In this document: positions 19,612 to 29,535 of the stretch, in pieces
Layout of the letters: each line of letters opens with the position of its first letter
Numbering within the stretch: the stretch's first letter is position 1
Notes under the pieces: model-generated
Database searches by the model: none
What the model was told of the DNA's origin: nothing
The model's input: only the letters and a program-made list of their open reading frames with translations
Assembly (NCBI GenBank): GCA_018660265.1
Contig: JABJKS010000076.1
Coordinates: 3,942-67,941 of the forward strand
Source of the DNA: Rhodospirillaceae bacterium
GTDB lineage: Bacteria; Pseudomonadota; Alphaproteobacteria; GCA-2731375
DNA: 64,000 bases
Reading direction: 5' to 3'
Program-made: the position numbers and the translations under genes

Positions 19612-20127
19612 ATGCGGCGTCCAACATACAAAACCCTATTGGTTATCGCCTGCCTGTGGCCAGGCCTGGTGTTAAGCACATCTGCCGGGGCAGATTTCAA
19701 TGACGCGGTCGTCGCCTACGATCACGGCAAGTTCGACCCGGCCCGTGGTGCCTTCACGGAATTGGCACAACGGGGCCATGCGGGTGCTGAATTCATGCTG
19801 GGTGCTATGTACTTTTACGGCAAAGGCGTTCAGCGCAACGACGCAATCGCTGCCGTTTGGTTCCACAAGGCGGCGATCAAGGGCAATGCATCGGGACAGT
19901 TGGCCTTTGGCTCCCTGCATATCCGCGGCTTGGGCGTACGGCAGAACCTGGTCAAAGCCTATGGCTGGCTGACGGTTGCAGCCAATCACGGCATACCGGG
20001 GCTACAACAACAGGCCATTGCCTTGCGTGATGAAGCCGCCCGCTTGATGCGCCCGGTCGAGATTGCCGATGCCCAGCAATGGGCTTCGGGTTTCACGGCG
20101 ACAAAAGCCGGACTGACCCTGAATTAG
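19612..20127 (+). CDS. Sel1-repeat (SLR/TPR-like) secreted protein
   Basis: Repeats GHAGAEFMLGAMYFYGKGV / KGNASGQLAFGSLHIRGLGV. Signal peptide begins at Met22 (ATG 19612); ORF track starts at 19549. Confidence 0.75.
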   Translation: MRRPTYKTLLVIACLWPGLVLSTSAGADFNDAVVAYDHGKFDPARGAFTELAQRGHAGAEFMLGAMYFYGKGVQRNDAIAAVWFHKAAIKGNASGQLAFGSLHIRGLGVRQNLVKAYGWLTVAANHGIPGLQQQAIALRDEAARLMRPVEIADAQQWASGFTATKAGLTLN

Positions 20128-20186
20128 AAGCCCAAATCAAAAGCCAGAACCAAAAAACCAATTATTAGACGAAATGGAGTTTCAGA

Positions 20187-20945
20187 ATGCGACTAAAGGA
20201 TAAGGTTGCCATCGTCACCGGTGCGGGCGCAGGATTTGGCGGCGGTATCGCCCGGCGCTTCGCAGAAGAAGGCGCATCGGTCATCGTCAATGATATTAAT
20301 AAGATCGACGGTGAAAGCGTCGTCGCGGACATTCGCAGCAATGGCGGTGTCGCGGACTATGTCGCGGCGGACGTTGCATCCGCAACAGACATGGCTGCCC
20401 TGATAGGCGCGGCGGTGGACCTGCATGGGGGATTGGACATCATGGTCAACAATGCCGGCGTGCCGCAACGCAATATGCCGATGACGGAGGTCTCTGAGGA
20501 AGCCTTTGATCTGATCTTCAACGTCAATGTGAAAAGCATCTACTGGGCCGCCCTGCACGCCATCCCGGAAATGCGTAAACGGGGGGGAGGCTCTTTCGTC
20601 AACACATCCTCTACCGCGGCGTTGAGCCCCCGGGCCGGGTTGGTCTGGTACAATGGCTCCAAGGGGGCGGTGAACAATATCACCAAAGGTATGGCGATAG
20701 AACTGGCGAAAGACAAGATTCGCGTCAATGCCATCTGCCCCGTGGCAGGCGAGACCCAGATGCTGGCGGAATTCGCGGGCGGCGAAGTAACGCCGGAGAA
20801 GCGGGATATGTTCCTCAGCACCATTCCGCTGGGCCGTTTCAGCCAGCCCCTGGATATCGCCAATGCCGCGCTGTTCCTGGCCTCTGATGAAGCCGCGATG
20901 ATCACAGGTGTCTGCATGGAAGTGGACGGCGGGCGTTGTATCTAA
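20187..20945 (+). CDS. SDR-family oxidoreductase
   Basis: TGAGAGFGGGIA cofactor motif, NNAG, YNGSKGAV catalytic YxxxK. Confidence 0.85.
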   Translation: MRLKDKVAIVTGAGAGFGGGIARRFAEEGASVIVNDINKIDGESVVADIRSNGGVADYVAADVASATDMAALIGAAVDLHGGLDIMVNNAGVPQRNMPMTEVSEEAFDLIFNVNVKSIYWAALHAIPEMRKRGGGSFVNTSSTAALSPRAGLVWYNGSKGAVNNITKGMAIELAKDKIRVNAICPVAGETQMLAEFAGGEVTPEKRDMFLSTIPLGRFSQPLDIANAALFLASDEAAMITGVCMEVDGGRCI

Positions 20946-21122
20946 AGGTCGGCAAAACTTCTTTCAAACAGCGCATTAAACCGTAGCCCCAGGGGGGCCA
21001 AGGGGCTATATTGCGCGCGCTCGGCGGGACGCCGGGCATTGATCTAAACAGGCCACTGCAGTCACGCCCCCACAAATGCGACATGGGGCCTGCGCAGAGG
21101 CATGTCATAGGGAAGCGACAAG

Positions 21123-24100
21123 GTGCCTAAACGCACAGATATTAAGAGCATTATGATCATCGGTGCCGGGCCCATTGTTATTGGCCAGGCCTGCGAATTT
21201 GACTATTCCGGCACCCAGGCCTGCAAAGCCCTGCGCGATGAGGGGTATCGGGTCATTTTGGTGAATTCCAACCCGGCCACCATCATGACCGATCCCGATT
21301 TCGCCGAGGCGACTTATGTGGAACCGATTACGCCTGAAATCGTCGCTAAGATCATTGCCAAGGAACGACCCGACGCCATTCTGCCCACCATGGGCGGGCA
21401 GACAGCCCTGAACACGGCCATGGCACTGCATGAAGACGGCACCTTGGATAAATACAATGTGGAGCTGATCGGCGCCAAGCCGGACGCTATCAATATGGCC
21501 GAAGATCGCAGCCTGTTTCGTGATGCTATGACCCGTATTGGCCTGGCAACACCCCAGGCGGGCATTGCCCACACCATGGAAGAGGCCTTGGAAGCCTTGG
21601 CCGTGGTCGGCCTGCCCGCGATTATCCGGCCATCCTTTACCCTGGGCGGCACAGGCGGCGGCATCGCCTATAACCGGGACGAATTTCAGGCCATTATCAC
21701 CACGGGCCTGGATGCCTCCCCCACCAATGAAGTTCTGGTGGAAGAATCCGTTTTGGGCTGGAAAGAGTACGAGATGGAGGTAGTGCGCGACCATGCGGAC
21801 AACTGCATCATCGTCTGTTCCATCGAAAACGTCGATCCCATGGGCATTCACACGGGCGACAGTGTCACAGTAGCCCCTGCGCTAACCCTGACGGACAAGG
21901 AATATCAGATCCTGCGAAATGCCTCCATCGCCTGTCTGCGGGAGATCGGCGTGGATACAGGCGGCTCTAACGTACAGTTTGCCCTGAACCCGGAAGATGG
22001 CCGCCTGGTGGTGATCGAGATGAACCCACGGGTCTCCCGCTCCTCCGCCCTGGCCTCAAAGGCGACCGGCTTTCCCATTGCAAAAGTCGCAGCCCGCCTG
22101 GCCGTCGGCTATACCCTGGACGAACTGGACAACGATATTACGGGCGGTGTCATCCCCGCCTCGTTTGAACCAACCATCGATTACGTGGTGACCAAGATAC
22201 CGCGTTTCACGTTCGAAAAATTCCCCTCGACCGATGCTCTGTTGACGACCTCGATGAAATCCGTCGGCGAGGCCATGTCCGTCGGTCGGACCTTTGCCGA
22301 AAGCCTGCAAAAGGCCCTGCGCTCCATGGAGACGGGGTTATCGGGGCTGGATGAAATCATCATTCCGGGTATCGAGGAAGACCCCGTGGATGCGGTACGC
22401 GCGGCACTTGCCCGCCCTGCCCCTGACCGGCTGTTGGTAGTCGCCCAGGCGTTGCGCCACGGCATGGCCCGCGACGAAATTGAGCGCATTACCCGCATCG
22501 ACCCCTGGTTTGTGGATCAGGTTGCCGATCTGATCGCGATCGAGGACGACTTGAAGTCGAACGGCCTGCCCCGTGATGTTCGCCGCATGCGCGGCATCAA
22601 GGCGCAGGGCTTTTCCGATCAGCGGTTGGCGCAATTGACCGGGCAAAGCACAGCACAGGTCATGGCCCATCGGCACGACTTGGATGTGCACCCGGTCTAC
22701 AAACGGATCGATACCTGTGCGGCGGAATTTGAAAGCCACACGCCCTATATGTATTCCACGTACGAAGGCGTGAACCAGCCCGTGGAGTGCGAGGCGCGGC
22801 CCTCGGATCGTGAAAAGATCATCATCCTCGGCGGCGGGCCGAACCGGATCGGCCAGGGTATTGAGTTTGATTATTGCTGCGTTCATGCGGTCTTTGCCCT
22901 GCGTGAAGCCGGCTATGAAGCAATCATGGTCAATTGCAACCCCGAGACGGTGTCCACAGACTATGACACCTCTGACCGGCTGTATTTTGAACCTTTGACA
23001 GCCGAGGACGTGCTGGAAATCGTCCGACTGGAGCAAAGCAACGGCAGCCTTAAAGGCCTGATCGTGCAGTTTGGTGGTCAAACCCCATTGAAGTTGGCGG
23101 CCGAGTTGGAAGCAGCCGGCGTACCGATCCTGGGCACGACGCCGGACGCCATCGACCTGGCGGAAGATCGCTACCGTTTTCAACAACTCCTGCAACAACT
23201 GAATTTAAAGCAACCACCTAACGGCATCGCAACTTCGACGGAAGAAGCACACGAAATTGCCGCGCGGATTGGCTTCCCCGTGGTCGTGCGCCCCAGTTAC
23301 GTGCTGGGTGGCCGTGCCATGGAAATCGTCCGGGATGAAAGCCAGCTGGACCGTTATATGCGCGAGGCTGTCAAGGTCTCCGGCGAAAGCCCGGTTCTGG
23401 TCGATGGCTACCTCGCAGATGCAATCGAGGTTGACCTGGACGCCCTGTGCGATGGCACGGATGTGGTGGTCGCGGGGATCATGGAGCATATTGAGGAGGC
23501 CGGCATTCATTCGGGCGATTCGGCGTGTTCCCTCCCCCCCTACTCCCTTAACGCCGATATTGTCGATGAAATCCGACGTCAAGCCGATGCCCTCGCCCGC
23601 GGTCTATCCGTCGTTGGCCTGATGAATGTGCAGTTCGCCGTGCGTGGCGATGAGATCTTTATTTTAGAGGTCAACCCGCGCGCCTCTCGTACCGTACCCT
23701 TCGTGGCCAAGGCGATTGGCGCCCCGATCGCCAAGCTGGCCGCGCGTATCATGGCAGGGGAAAAGCTGGCAGATTTTGACCTGAACCCGGATCAACACGA
23801 CCATGTCGCCGTGAAAGAGGCGGTGTTTCCATTTGCCCGCTTCCCCGGTGTCGATGTGCTGTTGGGACCGGAGATGAAATCCACCGGCGAGGTCATGGGC
23901 CTGGACACAACTTTTGCCGCTGCCTTTGCTAAATCGCAGATTGCTGCGGGTACAGAGCTGCCCCGTAGTGGCAAGGTATTCATTTCCGTCAAGGACAAGG
24001 ACAAGCCCGCAGCGGCAGAGCTGGCCCGGAACCTCTGCGAATTGGGCTTTACGATCATCGCGACTTCAGGCACGGCGACCTACCTGAAGGGTCAGAACAT

Positions 24101-24359
24101 CGTCGTCCAGTCCGTCAATAAAGTACTGGAAGGCCGACCCCACATCGTGGATGAAATCACCAATGGTGAAATCGCCCTGATCTTCAATACCACCGAAGGG
24201 GCCCAGGCTATCGCTGATAGCTTCACCCTTCGCCGGGCCGCCCTGACCCACGGCATTCCGTATTACACGACGATATCGGGTGCAAAATCTGCTATGCAGG
24301 CGATTGGACATTTAATGCAACAGGGCCTTGATGTTGCCCCATTGCAATCTTACTTTTAA
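21123..24359 (+). CDS. carB: carbamoyl-phosphate synthase large subunit
   Basis: 1078 aa. [37 protein letters not shown], duplicated ATP-grasp halves. GTG start. Confidence 0.95.
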   Translation: MPKRTDIKSIMIIGAGPIVIGQACEFDYSGTQACKALRDEGYRVILVNSNPATIMTDPDFAEATYVEPITPEIVAKIIAKERPDAILPTMGGQTALNTAMALHEDGTLDKYNVELIGAKPDAINMAEDRSLFRDAMTRIGLATPQAGIAHTMEEALEALAVVGLPAIIRPSFTLGGTGGGIAYNRDEFQAIITTGLDASPTNEVLVEESVLGWKEYEMEVVRDHADNCIIVCSIENVDPMGIHTGDSVTVAPALTLTDKEYQILRNASIACLREIGVDTGGSNVQFALNPEDGRLVVIEMNPRVSRSSALASKATGFPIAKVAARLAVGYTLDELDNDITGGVIPASFEPTIDYVVTKIPRFTFEKFPSTDALLTTSMKSVGEAMSVGRTFAESLQKALRSMETGLSGLDEIIIPGIEEDPVDAVRAALARPAPDRLLVVAQALRHGMARDEIERITRIDPWFVDQVADLIAIEDDLKSNGLPRDVRRMRGIKAQGFSDQRLAQLTGQSTAQVMAHRHDLDVHPVYKRIDTCAAEFESHTPYMYSTYEGVNQPVECEARPSDREKIIILGGGPNRIGQGIEFDYCCVHAVFALREAGYEAIMVNCNPETVSTDYDTSDRLYFEPLTAEDVLEIVRLEQSNGSLKGLIVQFGGQTPLKLAAELEAAGVPILGTTPDAIDLAEDRYRFQQLLQQLNLKQPPNGIATSTEEAHEIAARIGFPVVVRPSYVLGGRAMEIVRDESQLDRYMREAVKVSGESPVLVDGYLADAIEVDLDALCDGTDVVVAGIMEHIEEAGIHSGDSACSLPPYSLNADIVDEIRRQADALARGLSVVGLMNVQFAVRGDEIFILEVNPRASRTVPFVAKAIGAPIAKLAARIMAGEKLADFDLNPDQHDHVAVKEAVFPFARFPGVDVLLGPEMKSTGEVMGLDTTFAAAFAKSQIAAGTELPRSGKVFISVKDKDKPAAAELARNLCELGFTIIATSGTATYLKGQNIVVQSVNKVLEGRPHIVDEITNGEIALIFNTTEGAQAIADSFTLRRAALTHGIPYYTTISGAKSAMQAIGHLMQQGLDVAPLQSYF

Positions 24360-24429
24360 TCTTCGCATTCGGATCGGCGCAGATGCGCCGGTCTTTACGA
24401 AGCAGCAATACGAGGCTTACGATCCGCTC

Positions 24430-24903
24430 ATGGAAAAGGTGCCAATGACCCGGACGGGGTTCACCCAGATGGAAGAGGAATTGAAACGATTGAAGGGCGT
24501 GGAGCGCCCCTCGATCATCGTCGCGTTGGAGGAAGCGCGCGCCCATGGGGATCTCTCTGAAAATGCGGAGTATCACGCGGCCAAGGAACGACAGGCGTTC
24601 GTGGAAAGCCGGATATTGGACCTGGGCAGTAAAATCAGCCGGGCCCAGATCATCGACACCTCCGGCCTGACGGGCAAGACCGTCAAATTCGGTGCCACGG
24701 TTACGGTTGTGGACGAAGACGATGATGCGGAAATGGAATTTCAGATTGTCGGCGAAGACGAATCTGATATCAAGGAGCAACGGCTCTCCGTCCGCTCTCC
24801 TCTGGCCCGCGCCCTGATCGGTAAATCCGTGGGCGACGAGGTAGAAGTCACCACCCCCTCGGGCGGCAAGTTCTACGAATTGCTGAAAGTCAAATTCGTA
24901 TAA
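24430..24903 (+). CDS. greA: transcription elongation factor GreA
   Basis: MEKVPMTRTGFTQMEEELKRLK...GDLSENAEYHAAKERQ. ORF track extension 24328..24429 overlaps the carB end and is rejected. Confidence 0.9.
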   Translation: MEKVPMTRTGFTQMEEELKRLKGVERPSIIVALEEARAHGDLSENAEYHAAKERQAFVESRILDLGSKISRAQIIDTSGLTGKTVKFGATVTVVDEDDDAEMEFQIVGEDESDIKEQRLSVRSPLARALIGKSVGDEVEVTTPSGGKFYELLKVKFV

Positions 24904-25055
24904 GAATTTTGCGGCATGATTAGACGACGGCTTACGCCTTAATCAGGTCGCAAATCTGTCCGACAATGTGGGACTACCTTTGTTCTCACTCGGTGTTGGG
25001 ATCGGCTCGTTATTTTGCGAGCGGCTTTCGGGCCGAACGGTGATCGATTGGAAAG

Positions 25056-26141
25056 ATGACCAACTTGGATGATAAGGCGCAAGATTTCGTAACCCTGTTT
25101 GCCTTTCGCACGGTGGGTGCTGATGGCTGGGAGATTGGCAAGGCCACGGCTTCTCTGGATCAAATTCAGGCTGATCTGGTGGCAAACGGTCAGCACATTG
25201 AAGATATCCGACAGATCAGGTCCGGGATCAGTCTGAACCCTGAAGGTGGTGACGAAGCCGGTTTGCGGGACCTGGACTACTGGCTGGCCATTGAGCGTGG
25301 TTGGGCCTTTGATTATGTCGCCAACTGCTGGCGGGCACCGGGGGAAATGCCCCAACAGTTCGAGAGAGACGCCGCGTCCATTGATGACCTGAAAATCGCC
25401 TTTGGCACGCCAGAGGCAGGCGCCCTTCCCATCAATATTTCCGCCGGTGGGGACACCTTGAAATTTGCGGCGGTGGATGTGAATTGTCCCTTCGAGGACT
25501 TTCTAACCTGGCTGGAACATATCGCGGATGGCAAGGCGGCCCGCTTCACCGCCAATCTGAAATGGGCCTATGTTGAATTCTTTGCCTTCAACACCCCTGT
25601 CGACGAGACAACCCATATCGCCATCGCCCTGTCCAAAGACCCAACCAGGGCCGGGGCACGCAATATCGTACTCGATTTTGAGATTGCGCGGCGCACTGCG
25701 GTTGCCGTCCTTTACCATGGTTTGCGACAGTATGCCCAAGGGCCAGTCTACGACCCCTATCAATGGTCCGCGGTGCCGTTGGCAGAAGCGTTTGCGGACA
25801 AATTTCCTAACCGTGTTTACGCCGATTTCATCAACGACACCGCAGCGGCGATAAACAAGACCTTGTGGGATCTTACCCCGGTTTATTCCCTCACCTCGTC
25901 ACGAAAGGCCTCTACTGGTCTGATCGGTAGCGGTGAAGGAGATGGAGAACAGATGATGCGGTTTGATAACCCCCTTTGCGAAGTACCTGACGACTTTGAT
26001 GCCTGGGACGTGGTGTTGCGACAGGCTTGTCTGGATGATTTGTTGACGGAGAGCGTAACGGGTGGCTGGGGCGAGGATTTGCGGGACCTGCGCGCAAGCA
26101 AATTGGAAATCTATCTTGGCGATGTTTCCGGGGCACCGTAG
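25056..26141 (+). CDS. hypothetical protein (361 aa)
   Basis: Long ORF of native-looking composition. No motif recognised. 3' end overlaps convergent ybaN-like gene by 31 nt. Confidence 0.55.
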   Translation: MTNLDDKAQDFVTLFAFRTVGADGWEIGKATASLDQIQADLVANGQHIEDIRQIRSGISLNPEGGDEAGLRDLDYWLAIERGWAFDYVANCWRAPGEMPQQFERDAASIDDLKIAFGTPEAGALPINISAGGDTLKFAAVDVNCPFEDFLTWLEHIADGKAARFTANLKWAYVEFFAFNTPVDETTHIAIALSKDPTRAGARNIVLDFEIARRTAVAVLYHGLRQYAQGPVYDPYQWSAVPLAEAFADKFPNRVYADFINDTAAAINKTLWDLTPVYSLTSSRKASTGLIGSGEGDGEQMMRFDNPLCEVPDDFDAWDVVLRQACLDDLLTESVTGGWGEDLRDLRASKLEIYLGDVSGAP

Positions 26142-26629
26142 GGGCGTGTTGGCCGGGTCGCAATCCAGATGGCAACAGGTATAAGGGTCGCAGCGACCAA
26201 AGTGGGCACCAGCCAATTTGGACTATAGCTTATGGTCACATAGGTAAATGAGGCGGACATCATTGTAATTGCCAGAACTTTTCCCCGCATCGGGATCGCG
26301 CGATATTGCTGCCAATCGCGAATGGTCCGGCCAAAACGGGGATGATGATAAAGCCAAAGGTGCAAACGTTCAGACGAGCGGGAAAAGGCCCAGGCCGCAA
26401 TCAATAAGAATACGGTGCCCGGCATGACAGGTAAAATAATGCCGACGATGCCCAGAACAGTGCACACAAAACCCAACGCCAGCATGGTGTAGCGAATTGA
26501 TCTAGATATGTCTTGCGGCCCAGTGTGCGACGGTGCGCGCAACGGTGTGCGCGACAGTGCGCGCGACGGTGTGCGCAATGGAGCATCCAATCGCGATTGG
26601 CCGTTGTTGGCTGAATGATTTAGTGTCAT
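26111..26629 (-). CDS. YbaN/DUF454-family inner membrane protein
   Basis: LGIVGIILPVMPGTVFLLIAAWAFSRSSERLHLWLYHHPRFG. Alternative start Met49 (ATG 26485) would remove the repeat-encoded N-terminal 48 aa. Confidence 0.75.
   Translation of the reverse strand: MTLNHSANNGQSRLDAPLRTPSRALSRTPLRAPSHTGPQDISRSIRYTMLALGFVCTVLGIVGIILPVMPGTVFLLIAAWAFSRSSERLHLWLYHHPRFGRTIRDWQQYRAIPMRGKVLAITMMSASFTYVTISYSPNWLVPTLVAATLIPVAIWIATRPTRPYGAPETSPR
26521..26580. repeat. five imperfect tandem 12-bp units (consensus GTGYGCGCGACG)
   Basis: cagtgtgcgacg gtgcgcgcaacg gtgtgcgcgaca gtgcgcgcgacg gtgtgcgcaatg. Translates on minus strand as PLRTPSRALSRTPLRAPSHT. Confidence 0.7.
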
Positions 26630-26708
26630 GACAACGATGATCCGCCATAGCCATGAAGAAACTGTTGATTATCACGAAAACACCAGCCGCGTCGAGATGG
26701 GAGGGGAT

Positions 26709-26882
26709 ATGACGGAAGCAGAGGATAGTATCTGGCATTGCCTCTCGTGCGGTCACATCTATGATCCTAAGCTGGGTGCGCCGGAGGACGGCATTCCGCC
26801 GGGGACACCATTCGAGGGTTTGCCGGGCAATTGGACATGCCCGGAATGCGGCGTTCACAAGGGTAACTACGCCAGGCGATAA
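26709..26882 (+). CDS. rubredoxin
   Basis: WHCLSCGHIYDP ... WTCPECGVHKGNY (two CxxCG knuckles). ATG 26709 follows GGAGGGG; 57 aa is normal rubredoxin size. Confidence 0.85.
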   Translation: MTEAEDSIWHCLSCGHIYDPKLGAPEDGIPPGTPFEGLPGNWTCPECGVHKGNYARR

Positions 26883-26921
26883 TTACGCCCGGCGGGCTAT
26901 GAAGTCATAGGAGCAGAGACT

Positions 26922-28157
26922 TTGGCGGAGGATTTTGATTTAACGACGGCGGATGCGATCCTCGATCCGACCCCCATTTTTGCCGCCATGCTGCAACGGG
27001 AACCGGTGCATTACAGCCCGTCCCTGAAATCCTGGGTGATCGCCGATTACGACAACGTGAAATTGGCGTTGAGCGATCCACGCTTTTCGGTCGAGAAGAT
27101 GTCGCCTTTCGCGGATCACATGGCCGGCGGGGCCGATGCCCATAAGATCCGGGAGCTGACCCGGGTATTGGGCGGCTGGATGGTCTTTAAGGACCCGCCC
27201 GCCCATAGCCGCCTGCGCCAAGTGCTGCAGCAGCCTTTCAAGCCGCGGGAAATGGAAAAACTACGTCCCGCCATCATCGATATCGCAGAAGAAGTAATCG
27301 CCGAGATGGCACCGAAAGCAGGCCAGGTGGTGGATTTCATCGCGGCATTCGCCAACCCACTGCCCGCCCGCGTCATCGGCACTTTGATCGGCGTCGATGT
27401 CGCCATGGTACCGCAACTGACCGCATGGTCACTGGATATCGCAAAGTTTGTATTCTCTGCCCGGGACACACCGGACAAATATGACCGGGCCTACAGGGCG
27501 GTCATGGACATCGAAGTTTTTTATCGTCAGGTCATCGCAGATCATCGGGCCCGGCCCCGGGATGATATGTTGAGCCATATGATTGCCTACCATGATGATG
27601 ACGATGGTGGGCCCCTTACGGACGATGAAATCGTCTCCATGCTGGTGCTGTTCCTGTTCGCGGGCCATGAAACAACGACAAACCTGATCGCCAACGGCCT
27701 GTTGGCTTTGCTGCAAAATCCCCGCCAAATGGCCCAACTACAAAGCAACGACGCCCTGTTGCCCAGCGCCATTGAGGAATTCCTGCGTTTTCAAGGACCG
27801 GTGCAAACCGTGGTACGGATCGCCAAGGAAGATGTCCCCATGGCCAATATCACCATTTCTGCCGGTGATCGGGTATTCGGCTTGCTTAACGCATCCCATC
27901 GGGACCCCAGCATGTTCGACAACGCCGATGCTGTCGATATTCAGCGCGCGCAGAACCCCCATGTCGCCTTTGGTTTCGGCATTCACATGTGCATTGGTGC
28001 ACCCCTGGCCCGGATCGAGGGGCAGGAGGCGTTTCGGGCTTTATTACGCCATTTCGACAATTTCAAACTGGAGACCACAGCGCTTACCTGGCGCGATGAT
28101 TTTGTCACCCGGGGTCTGGAAACATTACCTATATCATTTCAACAGCGGATAGACTGA
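26922..28157 (+). CDS. cytochrome P450
   Basis: I-helix FAGHETT, EEFLR (ExxR), heme loop FGFGIHMCIGAPLA. TTG start. Confidence 0.9.
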   Translation: MAEDFDLTTADAILDPTPIFAAMLQREPVHYSPSLKSWVIADYDNVKLALSDPRFSVEKMSPFADHMAGGADAHKIRELTRVLGGWMVFKDPPAHSRLRQVLQQPFKPREMEKLRPAIIDIAEEVIAEMAPKAGQVVDFIAAFANPLPARVIGTLIGVDVAMVPQLTAWSLDIAKFVFSARDTPDKYDRAYRAVMDIEVFYRQVIADHRARPRDDMLSHMIAYHDDDDGGPLTDDEIVSMLVLFLFAGHETTTNLIANGLLALLQNPRQMAQLQSNDALLPSAIEEFLRFQGPVQTVVRIAKEDVPMANITISAGDRVFGLLNASHRDPSMFDNADAVDIQRAQNPHVAFGFGIHMCIGAPLARIEGQEAFRALLRHFDNFKLETTALTWRDDFVTRGLETLPISFQQRID

Positions 28158-28193
28158 TCGTTACGCGCAGGACGCATCCATGGGAGAGAGATT

Positions 28194-28898
28194 TTGACAT
28201 TTAAGAACCAGACAATCGTTGTAACCGGGGCTGCTGGGAATTTGGGCCGGGCCGTCGTCGCCGCCTTCCATGCCGCCTCGGCCCGGGTGGTCCTTGTGGA
28301 TGCAAAATTGGAATTCCTCGACAACAGCTTTCCCGGTGATGATCCCAAATTGGTGAAAGTCGCCGTCGATCTGCTGGATAGAGGGGCAACCGCCGCCGCG
28401 ATGAAGGATATTCATGGCAAATGCGGCGAAATAAATGCGCTTGCAGCCCTTGCGGGCGGCTTTCACATGGGGGAAACCGTGCATGACACCCCGGATGAAA
28501 AATGGGACCTGATGCATGACCTGAACGTGCGAACATTGCTGCACACAACATCCGCCGTCGTGCCTTATATGATTGAACAGGGCGGCGGCAAAATTGTTAC
28601 CGTCGGGGCCAACGTGGCCCTCAAAGGCATCCCCGGCATGGGGGCTTATTGCACCTCGAAAAGTACCGTCATGCGCCTGACCGAGGCAATGGCGGGAGAG
28701 CTGCGGGACAAAGCCATCAACGTCAATTCCGTGCTGCCCAGCATTATCGACACACCCATCAACCGCGCCGACATGCCCGACGTGGATCCCGCGCAATGGG
28801 TTGCACCATCGGATCTGGCGGCCGTGATCATGTTCTTATGTTCAGCCCAGGCGGGGGCTATTCACGGTGCTCTTATCCCGGTAGTTGGCCTGTCCTAA
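28194..28898 (+). CDS. SDR-family oxidoreductase
   Basis: TGAAGNLGRAVV, YCTSKSTV (YxxxK). TTG start. Confidence 0.8.
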   Translation: MTFKNQTIVVTGAAGNLGRAVVAAFHAASARVVLVDAKLEFLDNSFPGDDPKLVKVAVDLLDRGATAAAMKDIHGKCGEINALAALAGGFHMGETVHDTPDEKWDLMHDLNVRTLLHTTSAVVPYMIEQGGGKIVTVGANVALKGIPGMGAYCTSKSTVMRLTEAMAGELRDKAINVNSVLPSIIDTPINRADMPDVDPAQWVAPSDLAAVIMFLCSAQAGAIHGALIPVVGLS

Positions 28899-28918
28899 TC
28901 ATTGATCAGTTAAGACTC

Positions 28919-29404
28919 TCAAACGCTCCCTATGCCGTCAAGCGGCACGCCGAATTCGACTTTTGATCGGCGCAAAACAGGGGCGGTCTTGACAGAGGCG
29001 ACGTTCGGCGCGGCGATTAATTCGGCTGTGAGAAAATTTTGCCAGGCGTCCCAGTCCTGGGCCACGACCTTCAGAATGAAATCAGCCTCGCCGGTCAGCA
29101 TGTGACATTCCCTGATCATGGGCAATTTCGCCATCCGCTGTTCAAAGGCAGAGAGGTCGTCTTCGTGCTGGCTATCCAGACCGATCCAGACGAACACCGC
29201 CAGGCCATAGCCCAGTTCCTCACCATTCAGATCAGCATGGTAGCCTCTGATCAGCCCGGCCTGTTCCAAGGCCCGAACCCGGCGCAAACAAGGTGGAGCC
29301 GAGATACCGACCCGGCGGGCCAGCTCGACATTGGTAATGCGTCCATTATCGCGTAATTGTTCCAGGATGTGACGGTCGATGGCGTCCAGCTTTACCTTTG
29401 ACAC
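28919..29404 (-). CDS. Lrp/AsnC-family transcriptional regulator
   Basis: LDAIDRHILEQLRDNGRITNVELARRVGISAPPCLRRVRALE HTH plus RAM domain. Confidence 0.9.
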   Translation of the reverse strand: MSKVKLDAIDRHILEQLRDNGRITNVELARRVGISAPPCLRRVRALEQAGLIRGYHADLNGEELGYGLAVFVWIGLDSQHEDDLSAFEQRMAKLPMIRECHMLTGEADFILKVVAQDWDAWQNFLTAELIAAPNVASVKTAPVLRRSKVEFGVPLDGIGSV

Positions 29405-29535
29405 GGGAAAAATTCCCTCCGTTCAGGCTATAGATGGTCCCAGGGTGGTATTTGCCTAGCCTGCGCAATAATATTACCCACGCAACAATATTTCACAACC
29501 GGTTCCCCGAATTTACGAAAATTCATTTGCGAATT

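Noticed and set aside
20946-21122. carB without an upstream carA.
   Set aside because: carA and carB are separated in many alphaproteobacteria, to my recollection. carA probably lies outside the window, so this is not treated as an anomaly.
26627-26630. The long ybaN-like ORF and the long rubredoxin ORF both start on the same CATG.
   Set aside because: Probably coincidence. The better-supported starts are 26709 (rubredoxin, with SD) and possibly 26485 (YbaN core), which removes the shared start.
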